Assembly: GCF_006345805.1 (NCBI RefSeq)
Contig: NC_043000.1
Location: 84,072,001-84,136,000, forward strand
Direction of reading: 5' to 3'
Length of the DNA stretch: 64,000 bases
Origin: Octopus sinensis
Lineage: Eukaryota
This document shows, in pieces, positions 1-12,843 of the stretch (positions are counted from its first letter, which is position 1; the number at the start of each line of letters is the position of its first letter). The position numbers and the translations under genes were made by a program. The notes beneath the pieces are model-generated. The model was not told the origin of the DNA and searched no databases. It saw only the letters and a list, made by a program, of their open reading frames with translations.

Positions 1-225
1 CGAGAAGTCTATGCAAAGTGGGCATCTGATATCCCATCTGAAGAGGAAAAAGCAGAACTTGTTATGATCAGTCGGAAGCGTTTGAAGCTAAATGAAACGG
101 GTTTTTGCCAATCTGTTGGCCGAAGATGAAACGTGGGCGTATCTTTATGATCCGAAAAGGAGATTTCAGACCATGAAATGACGTCACCTCTCTTGTCGAA
201 AGCCAGAGAAGTTCAAGGGCTAGTG
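1..225 (+). mobile_element. mariner transposase fragment (decayed)
   Basis: Manual translation gives REVYAKWA... then, after a frameshift, EDETWAYLYDPKRRFQTMK*RH, matching the mariner WVP..L and GDETW..YDPE.K.QS.EW motifs. Confidence 0.7.
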
Positions 226-846
226 ATCGTCACAGAAAATCATGGAACTGTTTTGAGAAATGATTTATGTCTCTTTTATTGGGGCCAAAAAGGGCTTCCC
301 TAGTGTACAAGACATATAATTGTAAGATGGTACTATCACTGGGATGAAGGCAAGTTGAGATAAAGGTGCCGTGGGGAAAGTGTGGTGTTGGTGAATTTGC
401 AGGGAGGGGAATCAATTTTATAATCATACGTAGTGGTGCACAAGTATCGAAGTTGTGTGTGGCGAATCTTATGTTAATTAATTGGATTGCAGCAATGAAG
501 GTGGATCTAATATTCATATTTATGGCACGTCGGCCAGTTTGCTGAAGTGTATCAGCCTCATGAGTACATGAGCAAAATTCGCCTGTTTTATAGAATGGAT
601 AGGAGGCCTGTAAAGAACTATGATTCTTTTCTAACAGAAGCAGAATTTACACCACCTACTGCTAAATAACAGATTGGTGGTTTTCCAGTATCTTTACATG
701 GTATTGTAATGCACAGCATTGTCCTCGAATCTCCATGTATGCCTTACTAGAGTTGTAACATTTCGCATCTCTTGGATATATCTATATCTATATGTTTATG
801 TACGTGTGTGTATGTGTGCATTTATCTATATACATCAGCATACAGA

Positions 847-932
847 CTATATATATATATATATATTCACACAAACACACACACATATATATATATACAG
901 AAACATATGGATATATATATATTATATATATA

Positions 933-1024
<92 letters not shown>
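847..1024. repeat. (TA)n microsatellite
   Basis: Direct sequence. Confidence 0.95.
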
Positions 1025-1027
<3 letters not shown>

Positions 1028-1188
1028 CGCAGGAGTGGCTGTGTGGTAAGTAGCTTGCTAACCACCACATGGTTCCGGGTTCAGTCCCACTGCATAGCAT
1101 CTTGGCAAGTGTCTTCTGCTATAGCCCCGGGCCGACCAATGCTTTGTGAGTGGATTTGGTAGACGGAAATTGAAGAAGCCTGTCGTAG

Positions 1189-1238
<50 letters not shown>

Positions 1239-1430
1239 TTGTGTGTCTGTGTTTGTCCCCCTAGCATTGCTTGACAACCGATGCTGGTGTGTTTACGTCC
1301 CCGTCACTTAGCGGTTCGGCAAAAGAGACCGATAGAATAAGTCCTGGGGTCGATTTATTCGACTAAAGGCGGTGATCCAGCATGGCCGCAGTCAAATGAC
1401 TGAAACAAGTAAAAGAGAAAAAGAGAAAGA
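1025..1430 (+). mobile_element. tRNA-derived SINE, family A (internal (TA)n(TG)n tract)
   Basis: A-box-like TGGCTGTGTGGT, B-box-like GGTTCAGTCCC, CORE-like CTTGGCAAGTG segment and tail ...GACTGAAACAAGTAAAAGA; several homologous copies in this window. Confidence 0.85.
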
Positions 1431-1959
1431 AATATATATATATATATATGCGTGTGTGTGTGTGTGTGCATACATATATATACATATATATATGTATGCA
1501 TGTCTATACATACATATCTGTATGCTCGTGTATATCACCGTATTTGTGTATGTCCGCTTGTATGTGTGCATTCTTGTTTCATAAGTGTACTGGAGGATAA
1601 CTACAACATGATTGAAACATCCTTAAATAGCTGTTCCTATTGAATGTAGCTACCTCCCCCACCCAATGCTTACCTAAAGAGACTTCTAGACTTTTGATAT
1701 AGAAAAATTCTATTGCAGAGAATGCCATTTCTTCATGTTGCATTAAAGAAGTTTCTTCGTGTGGAACGTCATTTTCGACGTTCCACTCTGTTGGCTTTTA
1801 CTGCAGCAGTTTTTTGAGCCATGAGGTAATATTTTGATGTTTCTCTTGTGATTTGCCATTCCAAGCTGTTCCTTTAACTGTCAATACATCTTTCTGTGTG
1901 CATGTTAATGCGTAATTGTATATGACACTATTACACAAACACACACACATACAGATACT

Positions 1960-1973
1960 TATATATAATATAT

Positions 1974-2035
<62 letters not shown>

Positions 2036-2201
2036 GAAGATATAATTCTATATACCTGTGGATATACGCACATGAATATGTCTTTTTAATAATATGTGTA
2101 TATATATATATATATAAAGACACACACACACATATATATGCATACGTAGATACGTGTGTGTGTATGTATATGTATACACACGTTTGTAACTATCTATCTC
2201 C

Positions 2202-2295
<94 letters not shown>

Positions 2296-2353
2296 TATAA
2301 TTTATTCATATAAATATACTCATATATAATATATATATATATATTATATATAT

Positions 2354-2410
<57 letters not shown>

Positions 2411-2434
2411 CATATATTTATTCATATAAATATA

Positions 2435-2475
<41 letters not shown>

Positions 2476-2500
2476 CACACACATATATATATATATACAG
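1960..2500. repeat. compound (TA)n microsatellite region
   Basis: Direct sequence. Confidence 0.9.
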
Positions 2501-2676
2501 TGCGTGTGTGTATGTGTGAGTATGTGTGTGTACGTATATTCGTGCGTGTGAATAATACTTGTTTTTGTTTATATGTATTCATTTATTTGTGTCAGTCATT
2601 TGACTGCGGCCATGAACCAGGACTGAACCCGGAACCATTTTGTTGGGAAGCATTACCTACCACATAGCCACGCCTG

Positions 2677-2677
<1 letters not shown>

Positions 2678-2707
<30 letters not shown>

Positions 2708-2709
2708 TG

Positions 2710-2740
<31 letters not shown>

Positions 2741-2787
2741 GTATGTATGTATGTATGTGTGTGTGTATGTATATATGTATATATGTA

Positions 2788-2818
<31 letters not shown>

Positions 2819-2875
2819 GCATGTATGTATTATGTATGTATGTATGTATGTACGTATGTATGTTTATATGCATAT
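2678..2875. repeat. (TATG)n microsatellite
   Basis: Direct sequence. Confidence 0.9.
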
Positions 2876-3380
2876 GTACATGTACTGCAGTTTTATTTGC
2901 TTCTTGGCAAATGGTTTTATCTGAGACTGTCTACTGAATCTGAAATGTTGAGAACATACAAAGTCATTTTAATTATTTTAAAATGCACAGAAAATGTTAA
3001 TTTCATCCTCAGTTTGTTTCATAATCGAAATGTCTTTCTTGGCGTTGCAAAAAAAAAAAAGAAAAAGAAAAGAAAAGAAGATGATGCTGGAACTTCTGCG
3101 ATCTAATTTTGATGTAGAGGAATCGTCTTTTGAACGAGGCCGTAGATGTGCTAGAGAAAATTTTCACCTTTCATGAAAGAATTAAGTGGAAAATAGACCT
3201 AATGATTTGGAGCGTTCTCAAACGGCTTCGTTCAACATGTAATTGTTCACACATACACACACATTATATATGTGAGTGCGTGTGTGTATGTATGCATGCA
3301 TACATACGTACATACATACATACATACATACATACATACATACATACATACATACATACATACATACATACATACATACA

Positions 3381-3725
3381 GCGGATATTAGCATAAAGCT
3401 GAAGATCAGTGAAAAAGAGAACACCTATGCTGAGCTATTGAGAAATTTGCAGTAATTTTATCCAGATTACAAGTTCAGATTTATACCTGTAATTTTGGGG
3501 GGCCCTGGCATATGTAACACACTGCTAAAATACCAATCTTGAGAAATTAGGCTCCTCAAAACCAGAAAGGAGAAAGCTAATTCGAAGACTACAGATCCAG
3601 TCCATCACTGGAAGTGTAAAAATCTGTAAAATTTTCCAGAAGTTTATCATTTAAATTTGTATGAGCGTGTCTAGATATGTAACTATATGCAAGAGAATAC
3701 GGACATAAAACATACAAATCTGCAC
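3381..3725 (+). mobile_element. 3' fragment of an RLE-type (R2-group) non-LTR retrotransposon flanked by (TACA)n
   Basis: Translates ADISIKLKISEKENTYAELLRNLQ*FYPDYKFRFIPVILG..LEKLG..RRLQIQSITGSVKICK, the K..KY..L / P.I.GALG C-terminal RLE pattern. Closely similar copy at 11615-11805. Confidence 0.7.
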
Positions 3726-3872
3726 ATATATACATATATACATACATATATACATACATATATACATACACACATGCATACATACATACATACATACATA
3801 CATACATACATACATACATACATACATACATACATACATACATACATACATACATACAAACATGCATGCATA

Positions 3873-4105
3873 CAAAAATACCCTGTTCTTGATGGTGAAA
3901 TTCCAATGACAGAACCTTAGATCTAGGTTAGAAACCGGTTCTTTCCCCTATTGGCAAATACTCTTGAAATAAACTGAATAATGACATGCAAACAAAAATA
4001 CCCTGTCGTTGATGTTGAAATTCCAATGAAGGAGCCTTGGATCAAGGTTAGAAACCGGCTCTTTCTCTATTGGTAAGAAATCTTGAAATATAACTGAACA
4101 ATGAC
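3873..4105 (+). repeat. two tandem copies of a ~115-bp (TACA)n-associated interspersed unit
   Basis: 3873-3988 and 3994-4105 align; further copies on the minus strand at 17186-17298 and 53606-53714. Confidence 0.8.
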
Positions 4106-5321
4106 ATACATATATATACATATAGTTATAAATGACGAGAGAAATACTATGATGAAAATTTATTTAACTATAAGAGAATTCAAATATCACGACAAACTAT
4201 ATTTGTATGTGATGGCTCAACAGGCTGAAACTTCGAAGTTACTGTCAACAACATTTTTGTTTACATACATATATGTGTGTACATATGTGTGTGTTTATTT
4301 ATTGATGAATATTTTGAAGTATGTACGTTGACATATGCACGCGCACAAATATATACATAGATATTTTGCACTTTACTCCTGGATAAATAGATGTATGTAT
4401 GTGTATGTGTGTGTGTGTGCGTGTGTGTGTTTTGTAATACGACAACGTTATATTTGATATTTGTTTCAGTATTAAACATGACAATGCCTCAGTAGAAGCG
4501 TGACATCCAATATCAGATTCGTCACTGTGTATTTCCGTTCTCGTTGATCAAATACCTTGCACTCTAATTACATCTCGCTAGTGAAAATAGAGGAAATCTA
4601 ATTTAGTAATTCTAATATTTTGGATGAATAGATTCTATGGAAAATACATGAAGGAAACTATCATTGTTAAATAGATTATCTTATCGCTTTTATATAAAGA
4701 TGGATAATGCTCTTCAATATATAATTTTTGTTGATCGTATAACTGGCTAATGTCACTTAACGTTATATTTCTGTCTGGCACATGAGATTTTCGTCATTTT
4801 CTTCTACTGACAATTTGTCCGTGACATTATCATTTAACCTCGGCATCATTTATTTACTTATCTTCCTTTGTCATTTCATTTCAGCTTGCAATATTTTGCA
4901 ATTAACTTTAATTACTTCTTTTGTTTTCTGGGGGCTCTAAATTTTTTTTTTTTTTTTTTGTGTCGCAGGAAATAATTATTTGTCATTTTCTTTTATGCAT
5001 TGTTTACTCCTATGACGATGGAATCATTTTCTTCTTATGTATGAAAGAGAACGTATACTACTCCATCAACGATTCACATCTTATTGCCTCTCGGTGTAGA
5101 GGCCCTCCTCAGCATACACACTTCTCGCACACTTCAGCTTTGCGAAAACAAGAAAACTGTTTTCCAGTATGTTAGAAATGCATCACTGATGCTCAGTTCT
5201 TCGAGAGAAATCAAGAGATGGAGGAATGGTCTGATAGCACTGGTAAAAAGGAAAAAGAATATTTTATGGTGATGAATATGTTAACTAGTTTCTAGAACAG
5301 AATTTTCTCTTTTGTTTGAGT

Positions 5322-5460
5322 AGTTGTGTGGAAAGAAATTTACTTTCCATCCACGTGGTTTTACTTTCAGTCTCGTTGCGTGATACCTTGGCCAAGTGTC
5401 TGTCTTCCAATGTCGTCTCGGGCCGATCCTAGCCTAGACGGAAACTGAAAGAAACTCGCT
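5322..5460 (+). mobile_element. SINE family A, diverged 5' part
   Basis: Aligns to 1040-1185. Confidence 0.65.
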
Positions 5461-5479
5461 ATATATATATATAATTTTT

Positions 5480-5887
5480 CCTCTTTTTTTACTTGTTTCA
5501 GTCATTTGACTGCGGCCATGCTGGAGCAACGCGTTTAGTCGAGCAAATCGGCCCCAGGACTTATTCTTTGGAAGCCTAGTACTTATTATATCGTTTTCTT
5601 TTGCCGAACTGCTAAGTCACGGGGTCGTAAACACCCCACCATCGGTTGTCAAGCGATGCTGGGGGGACAAACACAAGCACACAAATATATATACACACAC
5701 GTACATATATATATACATGTATATGACGGGCTTCTTTCAGTTTCCGTCTACCAAATCCACTCACAAGGCTTTGGTCGGCCCGAGGATATAGTAGAAGACA
5801 CTTGCCCAAGGTGCCACGCAGTGGGAATGAACTCGGAACCATGTGATTGGTAAGCAAGCTACTTACCACGCAGCCACTCCTGCGCCT
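5480..5887 (-). mobile_element. SINE family A, full length
   Basis: Reverse complement of the 1025-1430 element, including the internal microsatellite. Confidence 0.85.
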
Positions 5888-5942
5888 ATATATATAAGAA
5901 AATGAGATGACAAAAGAATAAATGTATCTAACGAACTTCATT

Positions 5943-6027
5943 AGCTTACAACTGTTTCTGCTATAGGATGCAGTGGGTGGACTCATAGCTGAGTGTCTGA
6001 GTAACAGTTTATAGCTTCATCGGAGCC
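5943..6027 (-). ncRNA. type I hammerhead ribozyme motif (minimal, Penelope-like), CCGAUGA core
   Basis: Minus strand reads GGCT-CCGATGA-A-GCTATA..loop..TATAGC-A-GAAA-CAGTTG-TA-AGCT: stems I and II pair, stem III is near-palindromic, with a GUA site. Confidence 0.65.
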
Positions 6028-6059
6028 TCGGATATGAAAAGTAAGGTATATCATGCGCG

Positions 6060-6265
6060 CGTATCTTTGTGTCTGTATTTGTCTCCCCCACCACCACTTG
6101 ACAACCTGTGTTGGTTTGTTTACATCTCTGTAACATAGCGGTTCGCCAAAAACAAACTGATAGAATAAATAACAAGCTTTAATAAAAACAAGAACTGGGA
6201 TCGATTCGTTCAACTAAAATTCTTCAAGGTGGTGTCCCAACTGTAGTCTAACGACTGAAAAAGAA
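6060..6265 (+). mobile_element. SINE family A, 3' half
   Basis: CTTGACAACC..TAGCGGTTCG..GATAGAATAA..GACTGAAA tail. Confidence 0.7.
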
Positions 6266-7079
6266 TATAGCAGTACATAAAGAGTATATAACTAGTTATT
6301 GTAGAGGAGCGTGAAGCAAGCCCAGCAATATTAAATATTCCAGTAGATAAGGCATTACTGCCCTTCCGTGGAAACGATATAGATTTAGAAATTTAAAATT
6401 GAGTAGAAATACTTCTATATAGGCGTAGGAGTGGCTACAAGTAAAAGAAAAGAATAAAAAGAATAGTAAACGCAGGAAAACACTGTGCAGCCGAAGCATT
6501 GTACCATAGTAAACATCATAGAGTAACGTGCTGATTTTGACACGCATTACAAGTTAATTAATTTATGAATACAGTCGGGATTTTTTCCTTTACTAAAGTA
6601 GAAATAACAGTAGATATTTCTCGTCACATGTTAAATCCAATATCTCAAGAAAAACAGTATTCTTGTGGGTTTTCTTTCCTGTGGTGTTTTGATGAAGAGA
6701 ATATCAGCATTTCCAACTCATGATATAACTCGATGAATCTGATTACATGAAAAAAATAAAACAGGCTGTTCCATGTTTAGCCTGATAACTTTAATAATTG
6801 TTCATGAGATGGTCCGGGAAAACTGAATGTGACAGGAAATTGAAGTCTTTAAAGTGAAGTAGCGAATCATTTGGCTAATAGAGTGGAGCTTGGAGGAATT
6901 CTGGGTGATATTTCTAGCAGGTTAGAATAACACGCAAAGGGTCCTAAATTGGCCCATTGAAACATACTGCAGGATGTGACCGGATGGTGATTTGTTTAGT
7001 ATTTCAACTGCCTTCACATAGATTTTCCTTCTTGGCTCATATATACATACATGTATTCATATACACATACGCACGCGCG

Positions 7080-7120
<41 letters not shown>

Positions 7121-7149
7121 AGTCCACATATATGAGATGTATGTATATA

Positions 7150-7835
7150 TTTCAAATCGGGAAAGTGAAAAAGTTGAATAAGTGGGTTTCACACGAACTC
7201 AATGAAAATCAGAAACAGCAACGTTTGGAAGGCTGCATTATGCTACTTTCTCGCCACAAAAATGAATCATTTTTGAATCCAATTGTAACCTGATAAGAAA
7301 TGGATCCAGAACAACAACAGTAAACGTTCAGCACAATGGTTGAACAAAGACGAGCCACCAAACACAGTCCAAAAAGCAAAATTCATCAAAAGAAGCTGAT
7401 GGTCTGGCGCAGGTGTGATCCATTATGATATCATTAAATCTGGCTCATCAATCACGGCCGAAGTATACTGCAGCCAACTGGACCAAATGATGCAGAAACT
7501 TACAAAAAAAAACCAGCCTAGATTAGTCAACAGATCCACTCCTATTTTATTGCAAAACAACGCCAGACAACACATCGCAAAAATAACATTAGTGAAACTA
7601 CAAAGTTGGAGTTGGAAGTTCTCCATCATCCATCATACCCACGCGATCTTGCCCCCACTGATTATCACTTCTTCCAGAATTTGGATAAATGTTTGATAAG
7701 AAAAAAATTTAATGCCGACGATGCTGCAAAGATTTTATTGACTCTAGATTGCCAGGCTTTTATAGTTCCGGGCTGGACAAACTACTACTGAAATGGCAAA
7801 AATGTATTGACAATATGGGTGCATGCTTTGATGAA
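7150..7835 (+). mobile_element. mariner transposase pseudogene (catalytic domain)
   Basis: QIGKVKKLNKWVSHELNENQK, IVT*..KWI, ILLQNNARQH, HPSYPRDLAPTDYHFF; stops and frameshifts. Confidence 0.9.
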
Positions 7836-7908
7836 TAAAACTATTCCTTGTATTTATAAAACATTAGCAAACTTTTTCTTTTCTACAAATTTCGTACTTG
7901 ACGACGTA

Positions 7909-7964
<56 letters not shown>

Positions 7965-8157
7965 GTATGTATATATTATGTAATATATGTATGTATATAT
8001 GTATATATGTATGTATGTATACATGCATACATACACACACACACATAATATATATATATATATATATAATATATATATATATAGATGTATATATATATAT
8101 ATATATTTATGTATGTATATATGTATGTATGTATGTATACATGCATATATATATATA

Positions 8158-8199
<42 letters not shown>

Positions 8200-8201
<2 letters not shown>

Positions 8202-8344
8202 TCGAGCTTCTACCAAATCATTCACATGGCTTTGGTTGGCCCGAGGCTACAGTAGAAAAACTCACCAAGATGACACACATAGGATTGAACCCGAACCATA
8301 TGATTGGGAAGCAAACTTTTTACCACAAGCCACGCATGCGCCTA
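8200..8344 (-). mobile_element. SINE family A, diverged 5' half
   Basis: Aligns to the reverse complement of 1025-1170. Confidence 0.65.
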
Positions 8345-8811
8345 AGGGTTAGTGTATATAGTCTTCTTCAATACATAATACATTAAAACAAATTCTGAAT
8401 ATCTCTTTGTAGACATTGGAATATACGATGTGCCAAATATCGAAGCTAAATAACTACTTTTATAAAGATTGCGATACAAGTGTAAACAAAATATTTCGTT
8501 CTTTATATTTTTATATAGTAAACTTTAACACTGTAACAATCTTTCGGATAAAGAAAGATAATTGCAAGATAACAATGCAACATATATTGAAAGGTAAATA
8601 ATAATATCGAAATTAAAAACATTGCTGAACTATATTGCAAAATAAGCATAATATGTATTTGAGTGCTTGTTTCGTAGTCTTTTATCTGAATACAAAGCAT
8701 GCAGAAACATACACATGTACACGCCCGTACACACACACACGCGCGCGCATGTACGTGCGCTCGCAAGAGAGAGGGAGTTAATATGTAAATGTATTAAGCA
8801 TTTCGTTCGCT

Positions 8812-8975
8812 TTTCCTTCTTTCAGTCATTGGGCGCCGACCATGCTGGAGCACTGCCTCGTGGAGTTTGAATCCTACAAATCGATCCCTGTCTGTATTTA
8901 TTCTATCGGTCTCATTGCCGAACCGCTAACCTATTGGGGTATAAAGAAACTAACAGCTGTTGTCAAGCTGTATGG
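8812..8975 (-). mobile_element. SINE family A, diverged 3' half
   Basis: TTTCAGTCATT..CCATGCTGGAGCAC..GCCGAACCGCTAA matches the family A tail. Confidence 0.65.
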
Positions 8976-9246
8976 GGTCCTGATACACTCATACACACAT
9001 ACATACACACACACATATATATATACACACATGCGCGCGCATACAAACCTCTTACTAGACAGCTTGAATAATTTTTATGCATTTTTAAAAACCATACAAA
9101 TTTGAAAGTGATATTGGGTGATGGAAATGTAAGGATTTTACATTTCACTAACTCTTGGAAAGAATATATTGAAGGCGTTTATCATTGATTGTAAATTTGA
9201 ACTCAAGGTTAAGAATCTAATATACTTCTTTATTATATAGTGAACC

Positions 9247-9445
9247 AAGGCGGCGAGCTGGCTGAATTGTTAGTAGCTGGGCGAAATGCTTAGCAGTATT
9301 TTGTCTGCCGCTACGTTCTGAGTTCAAATTCCGTCGAGGTCGATTTTGCTCCCATCCCCTCGGGGTCGATAAATTAAACACTGGGGGTCGATGTGATCGA
9401 TTAGTTCTAAAATATCAGGACTTGTGCCTATAGTAGAGAATATTA
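9247..9445 (+). mobile_element. tRNA-derived SINE, family B
   Basis: AAGGCGGCGAGCTGG head, GAGTTCAAATTCC B-box, GGGGTCGATAAATTAA module; more than ten copies in this window. Confidence 0.85.
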
Positions 9446-10188
9446 TATAGTGAGCCCATTGTATGATGTTCGAAGCACCACCAAATCTCATTACCAAATG
9501 ATATCTTGGCACACTGAGGATAATAAGCACAAAGGAAATGTTTTAATATTCACAATAGCAAAACTAAGAATCTAGCAGCATACTTCTTAATTATAACTGG
9601 GGCCATTCTACGCTATATGGCTCTCTATCAACTCACATTGTCTTTTGACATCTTTGTATATACGGTATACAGGGACGAAGGAAGTGTTCTTCTGGACACA
9701 ACACCAGTAACTAAGGCTAGTAACAAACTAAATAAATCAGGAAATGAAAAATAGCGCCGATGTCCAACATAATCTATTCTACAAACCTCTAACTGTAAGT
9801 GTTCTAAAAAATTACGATTCCCTCTCTCGTGGTATCAGTTTCTGTCCCTATTTTACTGTCTTCATTTAGCAAATTCCACTATCATTAATACATATGCTAT
9901 CTTTCAAGAACATCTCTTGTATTATAATTTTCATTTTAGCCTTTTTGTTAATAGTCTCGTCTATTCTCTCGTATTTTTTTAGTTGCCGTAATGTTTCAAC
10001 AAAAAAAAAAGTTTTTGTTAACAATATTCATGAATCGCTTTTACAAACACACTCAATTTTCTTTTTTTTGGTCTTTTCTATCTCATAGTTGCAGCTACTG
10101 CTGCCACCTCCATTAGCGTCGTCGCTGCCGCCTTTGCTCATCCGTTGTCTTTTGATCAAGTTAGCCTCTTTCTGTTCTCCGTCTCGCT

Positions 10189-10224
<36 letters not shown>

Positions 10225-11314
10225 ACATTCACACTCATGCCAAACTGCCCTTATAACACGGTGCTTCATCATAATTGGTTACGTTATTTCGAAACAGTTG
10301 TAAGATCCAGCAGTCATCAGAAACATACCTTTTGTTTAAATGAAAGACGATAGAAAAACAAATTTCTATTGGCAGCAAATTTGATTTCTTCTCCCTAGCA
10401 AAATGAATTTATCTCAAGATATGATGGAAAGAAAAAAAACAACAAATCTATTATTTAAATTAATGTTGTACATACCAAAATAGTAATTGGTCGGTTTTTT
10501 AAATTTTACGGCATTTGGTTCGATAAACATCTGATAATTTCTCTAAAGTGTACTTTCAATTACACATTTTCTTTTCAATTTATCTTTAGCTGATTGTCTT
10601 TATGGTCAACGGTTCTGTCAATGGTACATCCTGCCTCCTTTTCAGCTCGTTTCGTTTAACTTTTTTTTAGCTCTCTTTCTCTCTTTCACTTTCTGCTCTT
10701 AATTACTTAAAATAATATAATACACACACTTCTTATATCTGTTGCGAAGCAACGGTCTTCCACAGATTAGTGATATTTCTTTTTATAATTCTTCTCTCAG
10801 AATAAGAAATACTTCTCTTTTGATGATAGACAAATAAACTGCTTAATCAGTTGTTAACGGTAACCTCCGTAAACCTAAGAACGATTATATGAAAAATCAC
10901 TGAATTTTTGTCTCTCTATTCAATCTTGCTCTCTGATTTCTCATTTTCTTTTTCACTTAGGCTGAATTATATAAAAACGCAAGTAGTTCGACGAGATTCA
11001 TTTGCTTGCTAATTTTTTTGTTGATTACCAAATAATTTAAAGAAGTAAACCAAATAGCGATTTACCTTTCTTTGTTTTAAAACACACACAAAAGGAAACA
11101 AAACAAAAAATGTGAATAGGCAGAAATGAGTGATGCATTTGTTAACGAAACATTTATGTTGCTTGAGGAATCCTACAGAACAGTAACTAGCATAAGCATA
11201 AGCATAAAAACTATATATGCAATTCGAGGTTAGCACAAATCTATATTTGGAACAGAGGATAAATAGAGTGTCATGAAGCAACACATACACACACACACAC
11301 GACTAGATAGGTAT

Positions 11315-11439
11315 TATGTATGTATGTATGTATGTATGTATGTATGTATGTTTGTATGTATGTATGTTTGTATGTATGTATGTATGTATGTATGTATGTA
11401 TCTATCTATCTATCTATCTATCTATCTACCCAGCTACCC

Positions 11440-11494
<55 letters not shown>

Positions 11495-11613
11495 GATCTA
11501 TCTATCTATCTATCTACCTATCTATCTATCTATCTACCAGTCTATCTGTATATGTATATATGTATGTAATGTAATGTAATGTATGTATGTATGTATGTAT
11601 GTATGTATGTATA
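11315..11613. repeat. (TATG)n/(TATC)n compound microsatellite
   Basis: Direct sequence. Confidence 0.95.
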
Positions 11614-11614
11614 T

Positions 11615-11805
11615 GTGCAAATTTGTATGTTTGGTTTTATGTATGTATTCTTATGCATAAAGATGCATATCTAGACACGCTCATATGGAAAGTTTTACAA
11701 ATTTTTACAGTTCCAGTGATGGATTAGATCTGTAATCTTCGAATCAGCTTTCTCCTTTCTGGTTTTGGGAAGCCTAATTTCTCAAGATTAATATTTAGGC
11801 AGTGT
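11615..11805 (-). mobile_element. 3' fragment of the (TACA)n-associated RLE retrotransposon
   Basis: Encodes HCLNINLEKLGFPKPERRKLIRRLQI; homologous to 3520-3725; flanked both sides by (TGTA)n. Confidence 0.75.
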
Positions 11806-11989
11806 GTATGTATGTATGTATGTATGTATGTATGTATGTATGTATGTATGTATGTATGTATGTATGTATGTATGTATGTATGTATGTACGTACGTACGTA
11901 CGTACGTACGTATGTATGTATGTATGTATGTATGTATGTATGTATGTATGTATGTATGTATGTATGTATGTATGTATGCATGAATGTAT

Positions 11990-12843
11990 GTGTGGTGCAT
12001 TTCAAAAGTTTAGAGACTTTTTTTTAGGAGGGTCAGTTATAACTGTCCTAGATTATTGTAATTTTAATATATCATTACTATAGATCTATTAAACTGACTT
12101 GCCAAGGTTTGTTAGTCCATATTGAAAGAAACTACAATAACACTTTTAACCCACCCTACTAAACGCTATTTGCCATAACTAACTAGTTTGCAGAGTGAAG
12201 TTGAGACGTTCAGGAGTTCACTATGCAATGAAGTTTTATGCTGAACTGGGCAAAAGCACTGCAAAAACTTATGATATGCTCAAACTGCTTAAGAATTAAA
12301 TCTTCCGCTGGCACAAGAGGTTCAAGGATGGTAGAGACGATGTAAGATGCGATGCAACGTGTTGGAGGGAGACAGACATCAGGACATCAAAACTGGTTGA
12401 GAAAATTTGCAATTTTATGGATGAAGACCGTCGTGTGTCTAAGCATGCACTTTGGAGTTGGTGAGCCCTATCATTCATGAAGAACTAGATATGCGCAAAA
12501 TTTGTGTCAAGTTTATTCCGAGAGTTCTCAGTGACGAGCAACTTGGTAAGGAACTATTTGATAGAAATACGTATCACGACCGTCCTTCATCCACGCTACA
12601 GTCCAGACCTTGCTCCCTATAACTTTTGGTTGTTTTTCAAACTGAAGGAGATGAAGGAGGCTGTTACAGGGATCCTGGACACTTCTCTTTTGAAGAACAT
12701 CCATGGGGCCTTCACGATATGGCTAGAGCGTTACAAGAACTCCATCGAAGTTAGAAGACCCTACTTTGAGGAGTCTAGAGTTCTGTACTTTTTTAAAATT
12801 AATGACTCACTTGAAAAGTCTGAAAATCCTGAAATGCACCTTA
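11990..12843 (+). mobile_element. internally deleted mariner with imperfect TIRs
   Basis: GGTGCATTTCA..GACTTTT at the left and AAAAGTC..TGAAATGCACC at the right; encodes LHPRYSPDLAPYNFWLFFKLKE and an HTH-region fragment FRWHKRFKDGRDDV. Confidence 0.8.

Noticed and set aside
1761-1786. Perfect 10-bp hairpin GTGGAACGTC/GACGTTCCAC
   Set aside because: Isolated, with no supporting context; terminator interpretation does not apply in a eukaryote.
10080-10965. GC-richer patch, TTATAA word and strong acceptor-like sites
   Set aside because: Possible promoter or UTR, but no coherent gene structure can be supported from sequence alone.
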